Shown here: piece by piece, positions 18,825 through 27,835 of the stretch
Numbering within the stretch: the first letter of the stretch is position 1
Layout of the letters: every line of letters starts with the position of its first letter
Assembly: GCA_965226585.1 (NCBI GenBank)
Contig: OZ245366.1
Location: 96,001-160,000 of the forward strand
Direction of reading: 5' to 3'
Source: Thermodesulfobacteriota bacterium
GTDB lineage: Bacteria > Desulfobacterota_D > UBA1144 > Nemesobacterales > Mycalebacteriaceae
DNA length: 64,000 bases
Position numbers and translations under genes: made by a program
Notes under the pieces: generated by a model
Told to the model about the DNA's origin: nothing
What the model saw: only the letters and a program-made list of their open reading frames with translations
Database searches by the model: none

Positions 18825-20213
18825 TCAGCCCGTTGTGTCCGTCTCCAGCCTCCGGACTATCTTCTCCATCGCCATCGCGCGAGAGCCTTTGACAAGAACG
18901 AAATCACCGGGATTTGCTATCTCCCTGATTATATCAGCCGCCTCATCATGTAACACGGTTTTCTTCACGGAAACTTCGCCCCCCGCTCCCGCGCAAACCT
19001 CATCCGCCATCGCGCCGAAGCCGATTAGAAAATCCACCCCGCACCGAGCCGCTTTTTCTCCGCAGTCGCGGTGATATTTTTTGCTCAAGTCGCCCAGTTC
19101 AAGCATATCGCCCAGAACCGCTATCGCCCTGCCGCCGCCTGAGTTTTTAAGGCGGCAAAGCTCTTCAAGCGCGGCGCAGACGGAATCCGGATTGGCGTTG
19201 TAGCAGTCGTCTATCAGCGTAACGCCGCCCTTTACCTCACGCACATCCATCCTCATCTCGCCCGGAGTGAACGCGGCAATTCCTTGCGCGACCTCATCCG
19301 CCTCAATCCCCGTTCCGAGGGCGAGAGCCGCGGCGCAGAGAAAGTTCATCACGTTGTGCGCGCCCGCAGAAGACGCGGTTACGGGAAAATCTTTCCCCCG
19401 GATTCTCATGTTGAAACTCAAGCGGGAGGCGGAGGGCTTTATGCCGGAAGCAAAAACATCCGCCCCGGAATGGAGAGTTGAAAACCCGGTCTTTTCGCAA
19501 TCAATTTCAGAGGCGATGCCGAGGGCGAGAGTATCGTCCAGATTTACGGCAAGGCGGTTTGTTTTTCCAAACGCGCTGAAAAGGCGCGCTTTTTCTGAGG
19601 CAATTTTCTCCATATCTCCAAACCTGCCTATGTGCGCCGTGCCTATGTTCGTAACCGCGCCTGCGTCCGGCGAGGCTATCTGAGCAAGGCGGTCCATCTC
19701 ACCGGGAGAGTTTATTCCCACTTCGGCAACGCAGATTTCGCTCTCCTCTCCGGCTTCAAGAAGCGTGAGCGGAAGCCCCAGATGGTTGTTGAAACTTTTG
19801 CGGCTCGCAACTGTTTTTCTCCCCGAAGATTTCAGAACCGCCGTAAGAGCCCGCGCCGTTGTGGTCTTTCCCGCAGAACCGGTTATGCAAACGACTGTCA
19901 AATTTTTCAGGCTCTTTCTCCACGCAAGGGCAAGGTCTCCAAGGGCGGCGGCTGTTGAGACGGTTTCTATGAGAGGGGCGGACGGATTTTCTCTCTCCGC
20001 GAAACTTCCCGCTTCAACAACCGCCGCGCCCGCGCCCGCGCGAAAAGCGTCTGTGATGTAATCGTGACCGTCACGCTCCGCTTTTATCGCGAAAAAAAGG
20101 TCGCCCCGCCGGAGAGTGCGGGAGTCTATGGAAACGCCGCCGTAGCGCGCGGGAAAACCGCCGCCCGCTTCCGTTCCTCCGGTCGCCTTCAAAACAAATC
20201 CGTGCTCTATCAA
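18825..20213 (-). CDS. murF: UDP-N-acetylmuramoyl-tripeptide--D-Ala-D-Ala ligase
   Basis: ITGSAGKTT, NNHLGLP, DCYNANP, GDMLELG, VKGSR. Confidence 0.95.
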   Translation of the reverse strand: MIEHGFVLKATGGTEAGGGFPARYGGVSIDSRTLRRGDLFFAIKAERDGHDYITDAFRAGAGAAVVEAGSFAERENPSAPLIETVSTAAALGDLALAWRKSLKNLTVVCITGSAGKTTTARALTAVLKSSGRKTVASRKSFNNHLGLPLTLLEAGEESEICVAEVGINSPGEMDRLAQIASPDAGAVTNIGTAHIGRFGDMEKIASEKARLFSAFGKTNRLAVNLDDTLALGIASEIDCEKTGFSTLHSGADVFASGIKPSASRLSFNMRIRGKDFPVTASSAGAHNVMNFLCAAALALGTGIEADEVAQGIAAFTPGEMRMDVREVKGGVTLIDDCYNANPDSVCAALEELCRLKNSGGGRAIAVLGDMLELGDLSKKYHRDCGEKAARCGVDFLIGFGAMADEVCAGAGGEVSVKKTVLHDEAADIIREIANPGDFVLVKGSRAMAMEKIVRRLETDTTG

Positions 20214-21700
20214 TCCGCGTCCCCTCTGAGTTTCAGAAAATCCGCCGCGACAACCCTGTCGTCAAAAGGCAGGTTTTCGCCCATAACGGCTTGATATGTT
20301 TCGTGTCCCTTTCCGGCTATCAGCACAAAATCCCCCGCAGTCGCAGACATCACCGCATGGCGTATGGCTTCTTTTCTGTCGGCTATTTTGAGCACCGTGC
20401 ATTTGCCGCGAGCCGTTCCCGCCTCTATGTCGCTGAGTATCTCCACAGGGTCTTCGCTTCTCGGATTGTCAGAAGTGAGAACCACAACATCCGAGTTTTC
20501 GCTTGCCACCCGCCCCATCTCCGGGCGTTTATCCCTGTCGCGGTCGCCGCCGCAACCGAACACGACAAACATCTTTCCCCGGCACAGCGGGCGCGCGGCG
20601 CGGATAACCCTGTCAAGAGCGTCCGCCGTGTGGGCGTAGTCAACAAAAACGTCTATTGCGGCGGATAAGCCGCCTATTCTCTCCATTCTTCCCGGCACGA
20701 AAACGGGAGCGGAAAGCGCGGCGGAAACTTCGTCCGGCGCAGAGCCGAGGCAAAGCGCGGCGGCTGTGGCGGCAAGTATGTTTGAGAGGTTGTGCCCGCC
20801 CATGAGGTTTGAGTTCACTTCCGCGTTTCCCCACGGAGCGCGGATTGAGACCGCCATTCCCGGCGCGGATGCGGAAACTTGCTGAGCAAAAACATCTGCG
20901 GAAGCGTCTTCGCTTGAATAGGTTACAACTTCGCCCGCCGCCACGCGCGCTATCTCAACCCCGACGGGGTCGTCAATGTTGACGACTGAAAATTTTTTCT
21001 TCTTTCCGCTCGCGGCGAGCAATTCGGTAAAAAGTTTCTTTTTGGTATCCGCGTACTGTCCGATGTTTTTGTGATAGTCCAGATGCTCAGGCGTGAGGTT
21101 TGTGAAAACCGCCGCGTCAAAATCGCAGGCGTCCGCCCTTTTTTCGCTTATCGCGTGGGAGGAAACCTCCATGCACACCCTCTCCGCCCCTTCGCCGCGC
21201 ATCAGGGAAAAAAGTTCTTGAAGGTCTGCCGCACCGGGGGTTGTCATCTCCGCGTCCCGGCGCAAAGAGCCGCAATCTATCTCAACCGTTCCGATGTTTC
21301 CGCAAACGCCCGCGCGCTCCCAGATGGCTTTCAGGAGGTGGCAGACGGTTGTCTTTCCGTTTGTGCCGGTAACGCCCGCGAGTGTGAAAGCGGATGACGG
21401 GCGACCGTAAAAAAATGCCGCCGCCCTTGCCGCCGCCTCTTTTGAATTTCCCGTAACCGCGCACGGGACGGAAAGCCCGTCTATGCGCCGCTGTCCTATG
21501 ACGGCAACCGCCCCTTTTGAAACCGCTTCGGGGGCGTGAGTGTGCCCGTCTGACGCCGCTCCCTTTATCGCGACAAAAACGTCTCCGGCAGACACGCGGC
21601 GCGAGTCTGAGGTAATGCCGGTTACGACAGCCGTCTTGCCCGCCCCGCCGGTCTCAAAGCCCAGTTCCTCAGACATCCGCTCAAAACTGACGGATTTCAT
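20210..21700 (-). CDS. murE: UDP-MurNAc-dipeptide--meso-DAP ligase
   Basis: TGTNGKTT, MEVSSH, VDYAHT, GCGGDRD, DNPR (DAP-type), AGKGHE. Confidence 0.96.
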   Translation of the reverse strand: MKSVSFERMSEELGFETGGAGKTAVVTGITSDSRRVSAGDVFVAIKGAASDGHTHAPEAVSKGAVAVIGQRRIDGLSVPCAVTGNSKEAAARAAAFFYGRPSSAFTLAGVTGTNGKTTVCHLLKAIWERAGVCGNIGTVEIDCGSLRRDAEMTTPGAADLQELFSLMRGEGAERVCMEVSSHAISEKRADACDFDAAVFTNLTPEHLDYHKNIGQYADTKKKLFTELLAASGKKKKFSVVNIDDPVGVEIARVAAGEVVTYSSEDASADVFAQQVSASAPGMAVSIRAPWGNAEVNSNLMGGHNLSNILAATAAALCLGSAPDEVSAALSAPVFVPGRMERIGGLSAAIDVFVDYAHTADALDRVIRAARPLCRGKMFVVFGCGGDRDRDKRPEMGRVASENSDVVVLTSDNPRSEDPVEILSDIEAGTARGKCTVLKIADRKEAIRHAVMSATAGDFVLIAGKGHETYQAVMGENLPFDDRVVAADFLKLRGDAD

Positions 21701-23601
21701 ACACCGCCGCCCTCAAAGGAAACCGAGCATTTCTCTCCCTTCTTTATCAGAGTTCCGGGGCGCGGGGTTTGCCTGACCGCGTATCCGCTTCCGCTGACTC
21801 TCAAATCAACCCCCGCTTTTTCAGCCCACGTGGCGACATCGCGCAAACTTCGCCCCCGCAGGTTTGGCATTGAAACGGGCAAATCAGGGCGCGCGCTTGC
21901 CGTCTGTGTCTCAACTATGCCGAGAGTTCTTTTCACTATCGCCTTGAATATGGGCGCGGCTACAGAAGATCCGGATTTTCCTCTGCGCGGTTTGTGCACG
22001 ATGACGGCAAGCGCCATGCGCGGGTTTTCCACCGGGGCGAAGCCGAGAAATGACACGACATAAACCCCTTCCATATATCCCCTGCCTCTGACTTTCGGAA
22101 CCTGCGCGGTTCCGGTTTTGCCCGCAACCGCATAACCCGGAATTTTCGCCCGCTTCCCGGTTCCGCGCTCAACGGTTTGCCTCATCATGTCTGACACTTT
22201 GCGCGCCGCGTCATAGGAAATCACCTTGCCTTCAACCTTCGGGTTTTTGACGAGAAGCAGGTTTCCCGATGTGTCAACAACTCTGTCAACTATGTAGGGA
22301 TTCATCAGATAGCCCCCGTTGGCTATCGCGGAAACGGCGGCGGCCATTTGAAGCGTGTTCACCGAAACACCCTGCCCGAACGATATTGTGGCAAGCCCGA
22401 CCCTGCCCCAGTTTTTCGGCGCGGGCAATATGCCCCTGTGCTCGCCGGGAATGAGAGTGCCGCTTTTTGAGCCGAAACCGAACTTGCGAAGGTATCTGTG
22501 ATAAAGCGGCGCGCCCATCAGTTCGGCGATTTTTGAGGCGCAAATATTGCTTGAAAAAATTATGGTTTCCGTAACGGTAAGATCCCCGTGCGGGGAGGAG
22601 TCGTGTATCTCTGTGTTTCCTATGCGGCGCGTGCCTTTTTCGCAGTCAAAAACCGTGCGCTCGTTCACGAGTTTTTCCTCAATCGCCGCCGACACAAGAA
22701 ACGGCTTCATTATTGAGCCGGGCTCAAACGCGCGCCAGACGGGCAGGTTTCTCGACTCAATCTGCGTGTAGGAGCCGAAACTGTTGGGGTCGAAAAAAGG
22801 ATATGACGCCATCGCCAGTATGCGCCCCGTGTGCGGGTCCATAAGAACCGCGCTCGCGCTCTCGGCGGATGACTTTTCAACGCCTTTTTTGAGTTCCTCC
22901 TCAACCACGTACTGAATGCCGGAATCTATGGTGAGAAACACATCCGCGCCGCTTGTCCGCTCGCGCACGTTCGGGGCGTGAAAAAGCATGGAGCCGCCCT
23001 TGCCGTCTCGTTTCAGGCGTATTCTGCTGTCTCTGCCGGCAAGGTAGCGGTCAAGGGCGTATTCAAGCCCCTCTATCCCCCGAAGGTCTGTGTCGGTAAA
23101 GCCCACCACGGGACCCAGCATATAGCCCTGCGGATACACCCTTTTCTGCTCTTTTATAAACGAAAGCCCTTTGAGTTCAGCCGCTTTCAGCATATCCGCG
23201 ACTTCTGATGACATCTTTCTCTCAAGCCACACAAACGATCTTTTTTTCCTTTGGGCGCGTTTCAAAACAAAGTCGTAGTCAAGCCCGGAAATCTCCGCCA
23301 CCTCGCGGGAAAAACCTTCGGGGTCTGCAATATCGGCGGGTGTGAGATATGACGAATAAGACGGTTTGCTTGACGCGATGAGCGCGCCCGTTGAGTCGAA
23401 AATGCCGCCCCTTTTAGATTTCAGGGTCATGTAGCCGATCTGCTGTTTTTTGGCGTGTTCAAACGCCTTGCCGGTGTTGAGAAACTGGAGGTCAAAAGCC
23501 CTGTATGAGATTGCGAGAAAAAAGCCGCAGAAAACCCATAAGCACAGCGCAAGACGCCGCCGCGAAAACGGAGTTCCCGCTCTTGATCTTGAGGGAATCA
23601 T
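21697..23601 (-). CDS. ftsI: Division class B penicillin-binding protein with C-terminal PASTA domain
   Basis: EPGSIMK (SxxK), SSN, KTG; PASTA-like MPNLRG...QTPRPG. Confidence 0.93.
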   Translation of the reverse strand: MIPSRSRAGTPFSRRRLALCLWVFCGFFLAISYRAFDLQFLNTGKAFEHAKKQQIGYMTLKSKRGGIFDSTGALIASSKPSYSSYLTPADIADPEGFSREVAEISGLDYDFVLKRAQRKKRSFVWLERKMSSEVADMLKAAELKGLSFIKEQKRVYPQGYMLGPVVGFTDTDLRGIEGLEYALDRYLAGRDSRIRLKRDGKGGSMLFHAPNVRERTSGADVFLTIDSGIQYVVEEELKKGVEKSSAESASAVLMDPHTGRILAMASYPFFDPNSFGSYTQIESRNLPVWRAFEPGSIMKPFLVSAAIEEKLVNERTVFDCEKGTRRIGNTEIHDSSPHGDLTVTETIIFSSNICASKIAELMGAPLYHRYLRKFGFGSKSGTLIPGEHRGILPAPKNWGRVGLATISFGQGVSVNTLQMAAAVSAIANGGYLMNPYIVDRVVDTSGNLLLVKNPKVEGKVISYDAARKVSDMMRQTVERGTGKRAKIPGYAVAGKTGTAQVPKVRGRGYMEGVYVVSFLGFAPVENPRMALAVIVHKPRRGKSGSSVAAPIFKAIVKRTLGIVETQTASARPDLPVSMPNLRGRSLRDVATWAEKAGVDLRVSGSGYAVRQTPRPGTLIKKGEKCSVSFEGGGV

Positions 23602-23936
23602 CTGCCCGCGCCTCCGTCTCCGTTTTCAGACTCGTAGATAAAATCGGAATGGCGCGGCTCTCTGAAGCCGCGTTTCTTTGCCGCTTCGCCAAGCCGTTTG
23701 CTTGAAAAAATCTTATTGTAGCGCAGTTCCGCCTCGTCAACCTCTTCCACCAGTTTTGTCTCCGTCCTGATGTTTTCGGAAGTCTCATAGGCAACGGAAA
23801 AACGCTCAATCCTCAGGCGCACGTAACCGGCAAGCACGGCGACAACAACCGCGCATCCGGCAAGCACTTTGAAAAAGAACGAAACCCTTTTGAACATCAT
23901 CCACCGCAGTCTTGATTTTGCTTTCCGGTTTTCCAC
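23598..23936 (-). CDS. ftsL: Probable cell division protein FtsL
   Basis: Basic tail, single TM and coiled coil, between rsmH and ftsI; start uncertain (GTG 23936). Confidence 0.65.
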   Translation of the reverse strand: MENRKAKSRLRWMMFKRVSFFFKVLAGCAVVVAVLAGYVRLRIERFSVAYETSENIRTETKLVEEVDEAELRYNKIFSSKRLGEAAKKRGFREPRHSDFIYESENGDGGAGR

Positions 23937-23946
23937 GAACTTGCCC

Positions 23947-24903
23947 CTACACCCTCTCCGCAACGCGGATTTTTGAACTGCGCGCGCGCGGGTTTCTCAA
24001 AATTTCCTCCGCAGACGGAAGCGCGGGTTTGCGTGTAATCACCTTCACGGCGCGCTCTTTGCCGCATCCGCAACGGGGAAGCCCCGGAGGGCACACGCAG
24101 TCAAGACTCATAAAGTTGAACGACTTTTTCACAACCCTGTCTTCAAGGGAGTGAAACGAGATAACCACCATTCTCGCGCCGGTGTTGAGAATCTGCGGCG
24201 CTTTTTCCATAAAGGTTTCAAGGTTCCCTATCTCGTTGTTCACTTCGATTCTGAGGGCTTGAAACGTTCTGGTCGCGGGGTGGGTTTTCGGCGGATGAAA
24301 CCGCGCGGGTATCGCTGAGGAAACAATGCGGGCAAGTTCGCGCGAGGTTTTCAAAGGGTTGTGTTCGCGCTCTCTCACGATGGCGGAAGCCACACGCGAG
24401 GCAAACCTTTCCTCGCCGTATTTTTTGATAATTCCCGTAAGTTCGCGTCCGCCCGCCGTGTTGACAATATCCGCCGCCGTGATTTTAAGGGATGTGTCCA
24501 TTCTCATGTCAAGCGGCTCGTCCGCGCTGAAACTGAAGCCCCTTCCGCTTTGCGATATCTGCATGCCCGATATGCCGAGGTCTGCGATTATGCCGTCCAC
24601 TTTTTCTGTGCCCGAAGAGGCAACCGCATCTTCTATCCGGGCAAAGTTCGTGTTGACGATGGAAACCCTGTCTCCGAACCTTTCAAGCCGCCTCCGGGCT
24701 ATGCTCACGGCATCGGGGTCTGCGTCAATCCCTATGAGTTTCGCGCCCTCTCCTGCTGATGAAAGAATCGCGTCCGAGTGTCCGCCCGCTCCGACCGTGG
24801 CGTCAACGTATGTTTTTCCGGGGCGGGGACGCAGATAGGAAACCGCCTCTTCAATCATTACGGGACTGTGAAGAGTCTCATCTGGCGGGGACGCGGTTTT
24901 CAT
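23947..24903 (-). CDS. rsmH: 16S rRNA m4C1402 methyltransferase
   Basis: HSPVM, DATVGAGGH, DLGISGMQ, PLDMRM, FQALRIEVN, SFHSLEDR, NPRARS. Confidence 0.96.
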   Translation of the reverse strand: MKTASPPDETLHSPVMIEEAVSYLRPRPGKTYVDATVGAGGHSDAILSSAGEGAKLIGIDADPDAVSIARRRLERFGDRVSIVNTNFARIEDAVASSGTEKVDGIIADLGISGMQISQSGRGFSFSADEPLDMRMDTSLKITAADIVNTAGGRELTGIIKKYGEERFASRVASAIVREREHNPLKTSRELARIVSSAIPARFHPPKTHPATRTFQALRIEVNNEIGNLETFMEKAPQILNTGARMVVISFHSLEDRVVKKSFNFMSLDCVCPPGLPRCGCGKERAVKVITRKPALPSAEEILRNPRARSSKIRVAERV

Positions 24904-25001
24904 CTGATTGCCCCGTTAGTATAATGCGGGCTGTCCTCACAAGGCAACATTTGTTATGTTTGCCTCTGTGCCCGTCTGTGCGGGCGGAACCGGAGAAAAG
25001 T

Positions 25002-25214
25002 TTGAGTGTTTTCACGATAAAAATCGCGGACAAAAAAGAGAACGTTGTTTTCAACTCAATACTTGGAGGATACTCCCACATAATGTGGATAAGAGCGGAA
25101 AACCCTTCAGACCCTGTTGTCAGAATTTTCACCACGGAAGACCTTGAAGACGAAGCGCGCGCCATTTTGGAGCGGATGAGAGAGGAAGTGGTTTTTGAGT
25201 TTGTTGATGAATGA
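25002..25214 (+). CDS. DUF4911-like small protein
   Basis: FNSILGGYSHIMWIR..P..V pattern recalled for DUF4911; GGAG before TTG 25002; overlaps murJ start. Confidence 0.55.
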   Translation: MSVFTIKIADKKENVVFNSILGGYSHIMWIRAENPSDPVVRIFTTEDLEDEARAILERMREEVVFEFVDE

Positions 25215-26760
25215 CCCGGGCGGCGGGAAGAAGGCTCTGCGCGACTGGGGAACAGTGGGCGCGCTTACGTTTGCCAGCAGGATAGCGGGTTACGCGAGAG
25301 ACCTTGCGGTGGCATATTTTCTGGGAGCCGGATACCAGAGCGACGCTTTTTATGTGGCATTCCGCATACCCAACCTTTTGAGGCGGCTTTTCGGCGAGGG
25401 AATGCTGTCGGCCTCTTTCATACCGGTTTTTACCGAACACACACGGAAAAACGGCGAACAAGCCGCACGCGAGGGTTTTTCCGCCGTAGTTGCCGCGCTG
25501 ATTGTAATTCTGGGGATTGTTACCGCGCTTGGCGTTATTTTCGCGCCGCAGATAGTGCGTCTTTTCGCGTCCGGATTCGGGCAAGAGTCTTTTGAGCTTG
25601 CGGTTTCGCTTGTGCGGGTGATGTTTCCCTACATACTTTTTGTTTCTTTCTCGGCGGTTTCAATGGGCGCGTTGAACTCTGTCGGGCATTTTTTCGCGCC
25701 CGCGATATCGCCCCTGCTTTTCAACATCGCCTTCATAGCGGCTCTTGTGTTGTTTCACGGCGCGTGGAGCGAGCCCGCCACCGCCGCCGGTCTGGGTGTT
25801 CTCGCGGGCGGCGCGCTTCAGAGCGTGGTGAACATACCGTTTTTGAAAAAACGCGGTCTTTCTCCCGGTTTCAGCGGTATTTTCAAACATTCCGCTTTGC
25901 TGAAAAAAATCGGTGTTTTGATGATTCCCCAGTTGTTTGGTGTGGCGGTCTACAACCTGAACATCATAGTGAACACGCAATACGCGTCTCACATGGAGAG
26001 CGGGACGGTTTCGTATCTGTATTTTGCTGAGCGGCTGACCGAGTTTCCGCTTGGCATCGGCGCGGTGGCAATCGCGACCGTTCTTCTCCCGCGTCTTTCC
26101 GCTTGCGCGGCGGAGGGAGATATGGACGGATTCAGGCAAAACTACGGCGGGCTTTTGCGTATGACATTTTTCATAACCCTTCCCGCGATTGCCGGTCTTG
26201 CCGCGCTCGCCCTGCCCGTCTGCTCCGTGCTTTTTGAGAGGGGGGAATTTACTTCACAAGACGCGCTTTTTTCATCTCATGCGCTCCTTGGATATGCCGC
26301 AGGCTTGTGGGCGGTTGCGGGAATAAGAATCACCGCGCCCGCTTTTTTCGCGCTGAAAGACACAAAAACCCCCGTTATTGCCGCCGCAATCTCGCTTGCG
26401 GTCAATCTCGCGCTGGGATACGTGCTGGGCTTCACTTTCGGGCTGAAGCACATGGGGCTTGCGCTTGCGAGTTCGGTTTCTGCGGCGGTCAATTTCCTCA
26501 TTCTTTTCAGTCTTTTGAACGGAAAGACGGGAAACATAGCCGGAAGCGGTTTCACGGCGTGGTGGATTAAAGTTGCCTTGCTCGCCGCCTTTTCCGGGTT
26601 TGCGGCAAAGGGGTGTTATGAAGCTGTAAAAACCCTCGCGCCGGAGGCAGTCGCCCTTGCAATGGCAATCGCAACCGGAGCCGCATTGTTTATACTCGCC
26701 GCAAAGTATTTGAGGATTGAAGAAGCGGAGAAACTTTTGGGAATGGTGAGGGGAAGGTAG
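25207..26760 (+). CDS. murJ: Lipid II flippase MurJ (MviN)
   Basis: SRIAGYARD, AFRIPNLLRRLFGEG, YFAERLTEFP, FERGEF, DTKTP. Confidence 0.95.
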   Translation: MNDPGGGKKALRDWGTVGALTFASRIAGYARDLAVAYFLGAGYQSDAFYVAFRIPNLLRRLFGEGMLSASFIPVFTEHTRKNGEQAAREGFSAVVAALIVILGIVTALGVIFAPQIVRLFASGFGQESFELAVSLVRVMFPYILFVSFSAVSMGALNSVGHFFAPAISPLLFNIAFIAALVLFHGAWSEPATAAGLGVLAGGALQSVVNIPFLKKRGLSPGFSGIFKHSALLKKIGVLMIPQLFGVAVYNLNIIVNTQYASHMESGTVSYLYFAERLTEFPLGIGAVAIATVLLPRLSACAAEGDMDGFRQNYGGLLRMTFFITLPAIAGLAALALPVCSVLFERGEFTSQDALFSSHALLGYAAGLWAVAGIRITAPAFFALKDTKTPVIAAAISLAVNLALGYVLGFTFGLKHMGLALASSVSAAVNFLILFSLLNGKTGNIAGSGFTAWWIKVALLAAFSGFAAKGCYEAVKTLAPEAVALAMAIATGAALFILAAKYLRIEEAEKLLGMVRGR

Positions 26761-27153
26761 TTATTTGGTGGTTGCGAGACGGTAGAAATCCAGGGCATTA
26801 TTTCCTGTGTACTTTGATTTTTCAACACCCGCGCATATCTTGTCGAGTAATTGCCTGTCTATTGAACCCAGAGGTTTTGCCTTCCCGCTTTGAATATTCA
26901 TTTCCATATCATCAAAAGACTCAATCCTCGTATGCCTGTAAGAAATGTAGCTTTCTTGCCTTAAAAATTTATGCTCGCCTTTGTTAACAACGCAAGTTTT
27001 GTCATAACGCATCCCCTGATGTATTGAGGAAAAACTGACCAGAAGCACTTTCCGGTCGTGCTCCGCAATCAGGACAAAAAGGTGTTTTGATTTAGGGTCG
27101 TTCTCGGTTGGTGTGGGCAACAAGAAAACTGTCCCCCTTAAAGGGATAAACAA
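26761..27153 (-). CDS. Putative PemK/MazF-like toxin, partner of the Panacea antitoxin
   Basis: 130 aa: RGTVFLL..KHLFVLI..VLLVSFSS..H.FL..ESYI..DKI, a PemK-fold pattern; 8 bp downstream of the DUF4065 gene. Confidence 0.6.
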   Translation of the reverse strand: MFIPLRGTVFLLPTPTENDPKSKHLFVLIAEHDRKVLLVSFSSIHQGMRYDKTCVVNKGEHKFLRQESYISYRHTRIESFDDMEMNIQSGKAKPLGSIDRQLLDKICAGVEKSKYTGNNALDFYRLATTK

Positions 27154-27161
27154 ATTTTAGG

Positions 27162-27722
27162 TCACCTTTCTGAGAAATATCTTTCTATCGCTCTGTCTTT
27201 ATCAAACTGTTCTTTGAGATACTCCGCCTGTTTTTTGGAAAAGCCGAGAGCAGAAAAGAGAGTGTCAAAATCAATGGGGACAGAAGACCCTCTGGGATCT
27301 TCATATTCGGGAAGTGTGTGTGTGTAGTCTCTTATCTGCCATCTGTTCATACTTCCGAACTTTTTCCAGACAGAGTCCATAACCTCTCTATCCGCCCTGC
27401 TGAGTTCACCCAAGTCGTCATCGGTCAAATCGCTGTCAACCAGAGAAACGGTGTGGTTTTCTATCCCGGAAATCACTGAATTCCAGCCCCCGGATGCGGA
27501 CTTCTGTTCTCCGCTCATCAAGTTCAAAGTGTCGGAAAGAACCGGTCCGTGAGGCATTGAAACCATCCGGTCGCCTGACATTGAAAAGCCGTGCTTTTCA
27601 AAGCACTCTCTGTCAGAAAGGTAAAGAAGTTTCATCAACTTCAAGTGGGGCATAGACCCGTCTTCTGTTTTCAAAAGGAAGAAAGCCGCCATCTCAGCTA
27701 CTTTCCGTTCATTGACTACCAT
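27162..27722 (-). CDS. Panacea (DUF4065/SocA-like) antitoxin
   Basis: LKLMKLLYLSD, MPHGPV, FG......IRDYTH...P motifs. Confidence 0.85.
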   Translation of the reverse strand: MVVNERKVAEMAAFFLLKTEDGSMPHLKLMKLLYLSDRECFEKHGFSMSGDRMVSMPHGPVLSDTLNLMSGEQKSASGGWNSVISGIENHTVSLVDSDLTDDDLGELSRADREVMDSVWKKFGSMNRWQIRDYTHTLPEYEDPRGSSVPIDFDTLFSALGFSKKQAEYLKEQFDKDRAIERYFSER

Positions 27723-27835
27723 ATCTTGTGAACCCCCATGATTGGCAGAACTATTTTAATCACTGCAAATCCTTTTTCAACAGAGAAGTTTACCGAGCTA
27801 CCTTTATCAGTATAGAATACGAACCGTTATTTGCC

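Noticed and set aside
25084..25092. Perfect DnaA box (TGTGGATAA)
   Set aside because: Single copy inside a coding sequence, with no box cluster or AT-rich unwinding element.
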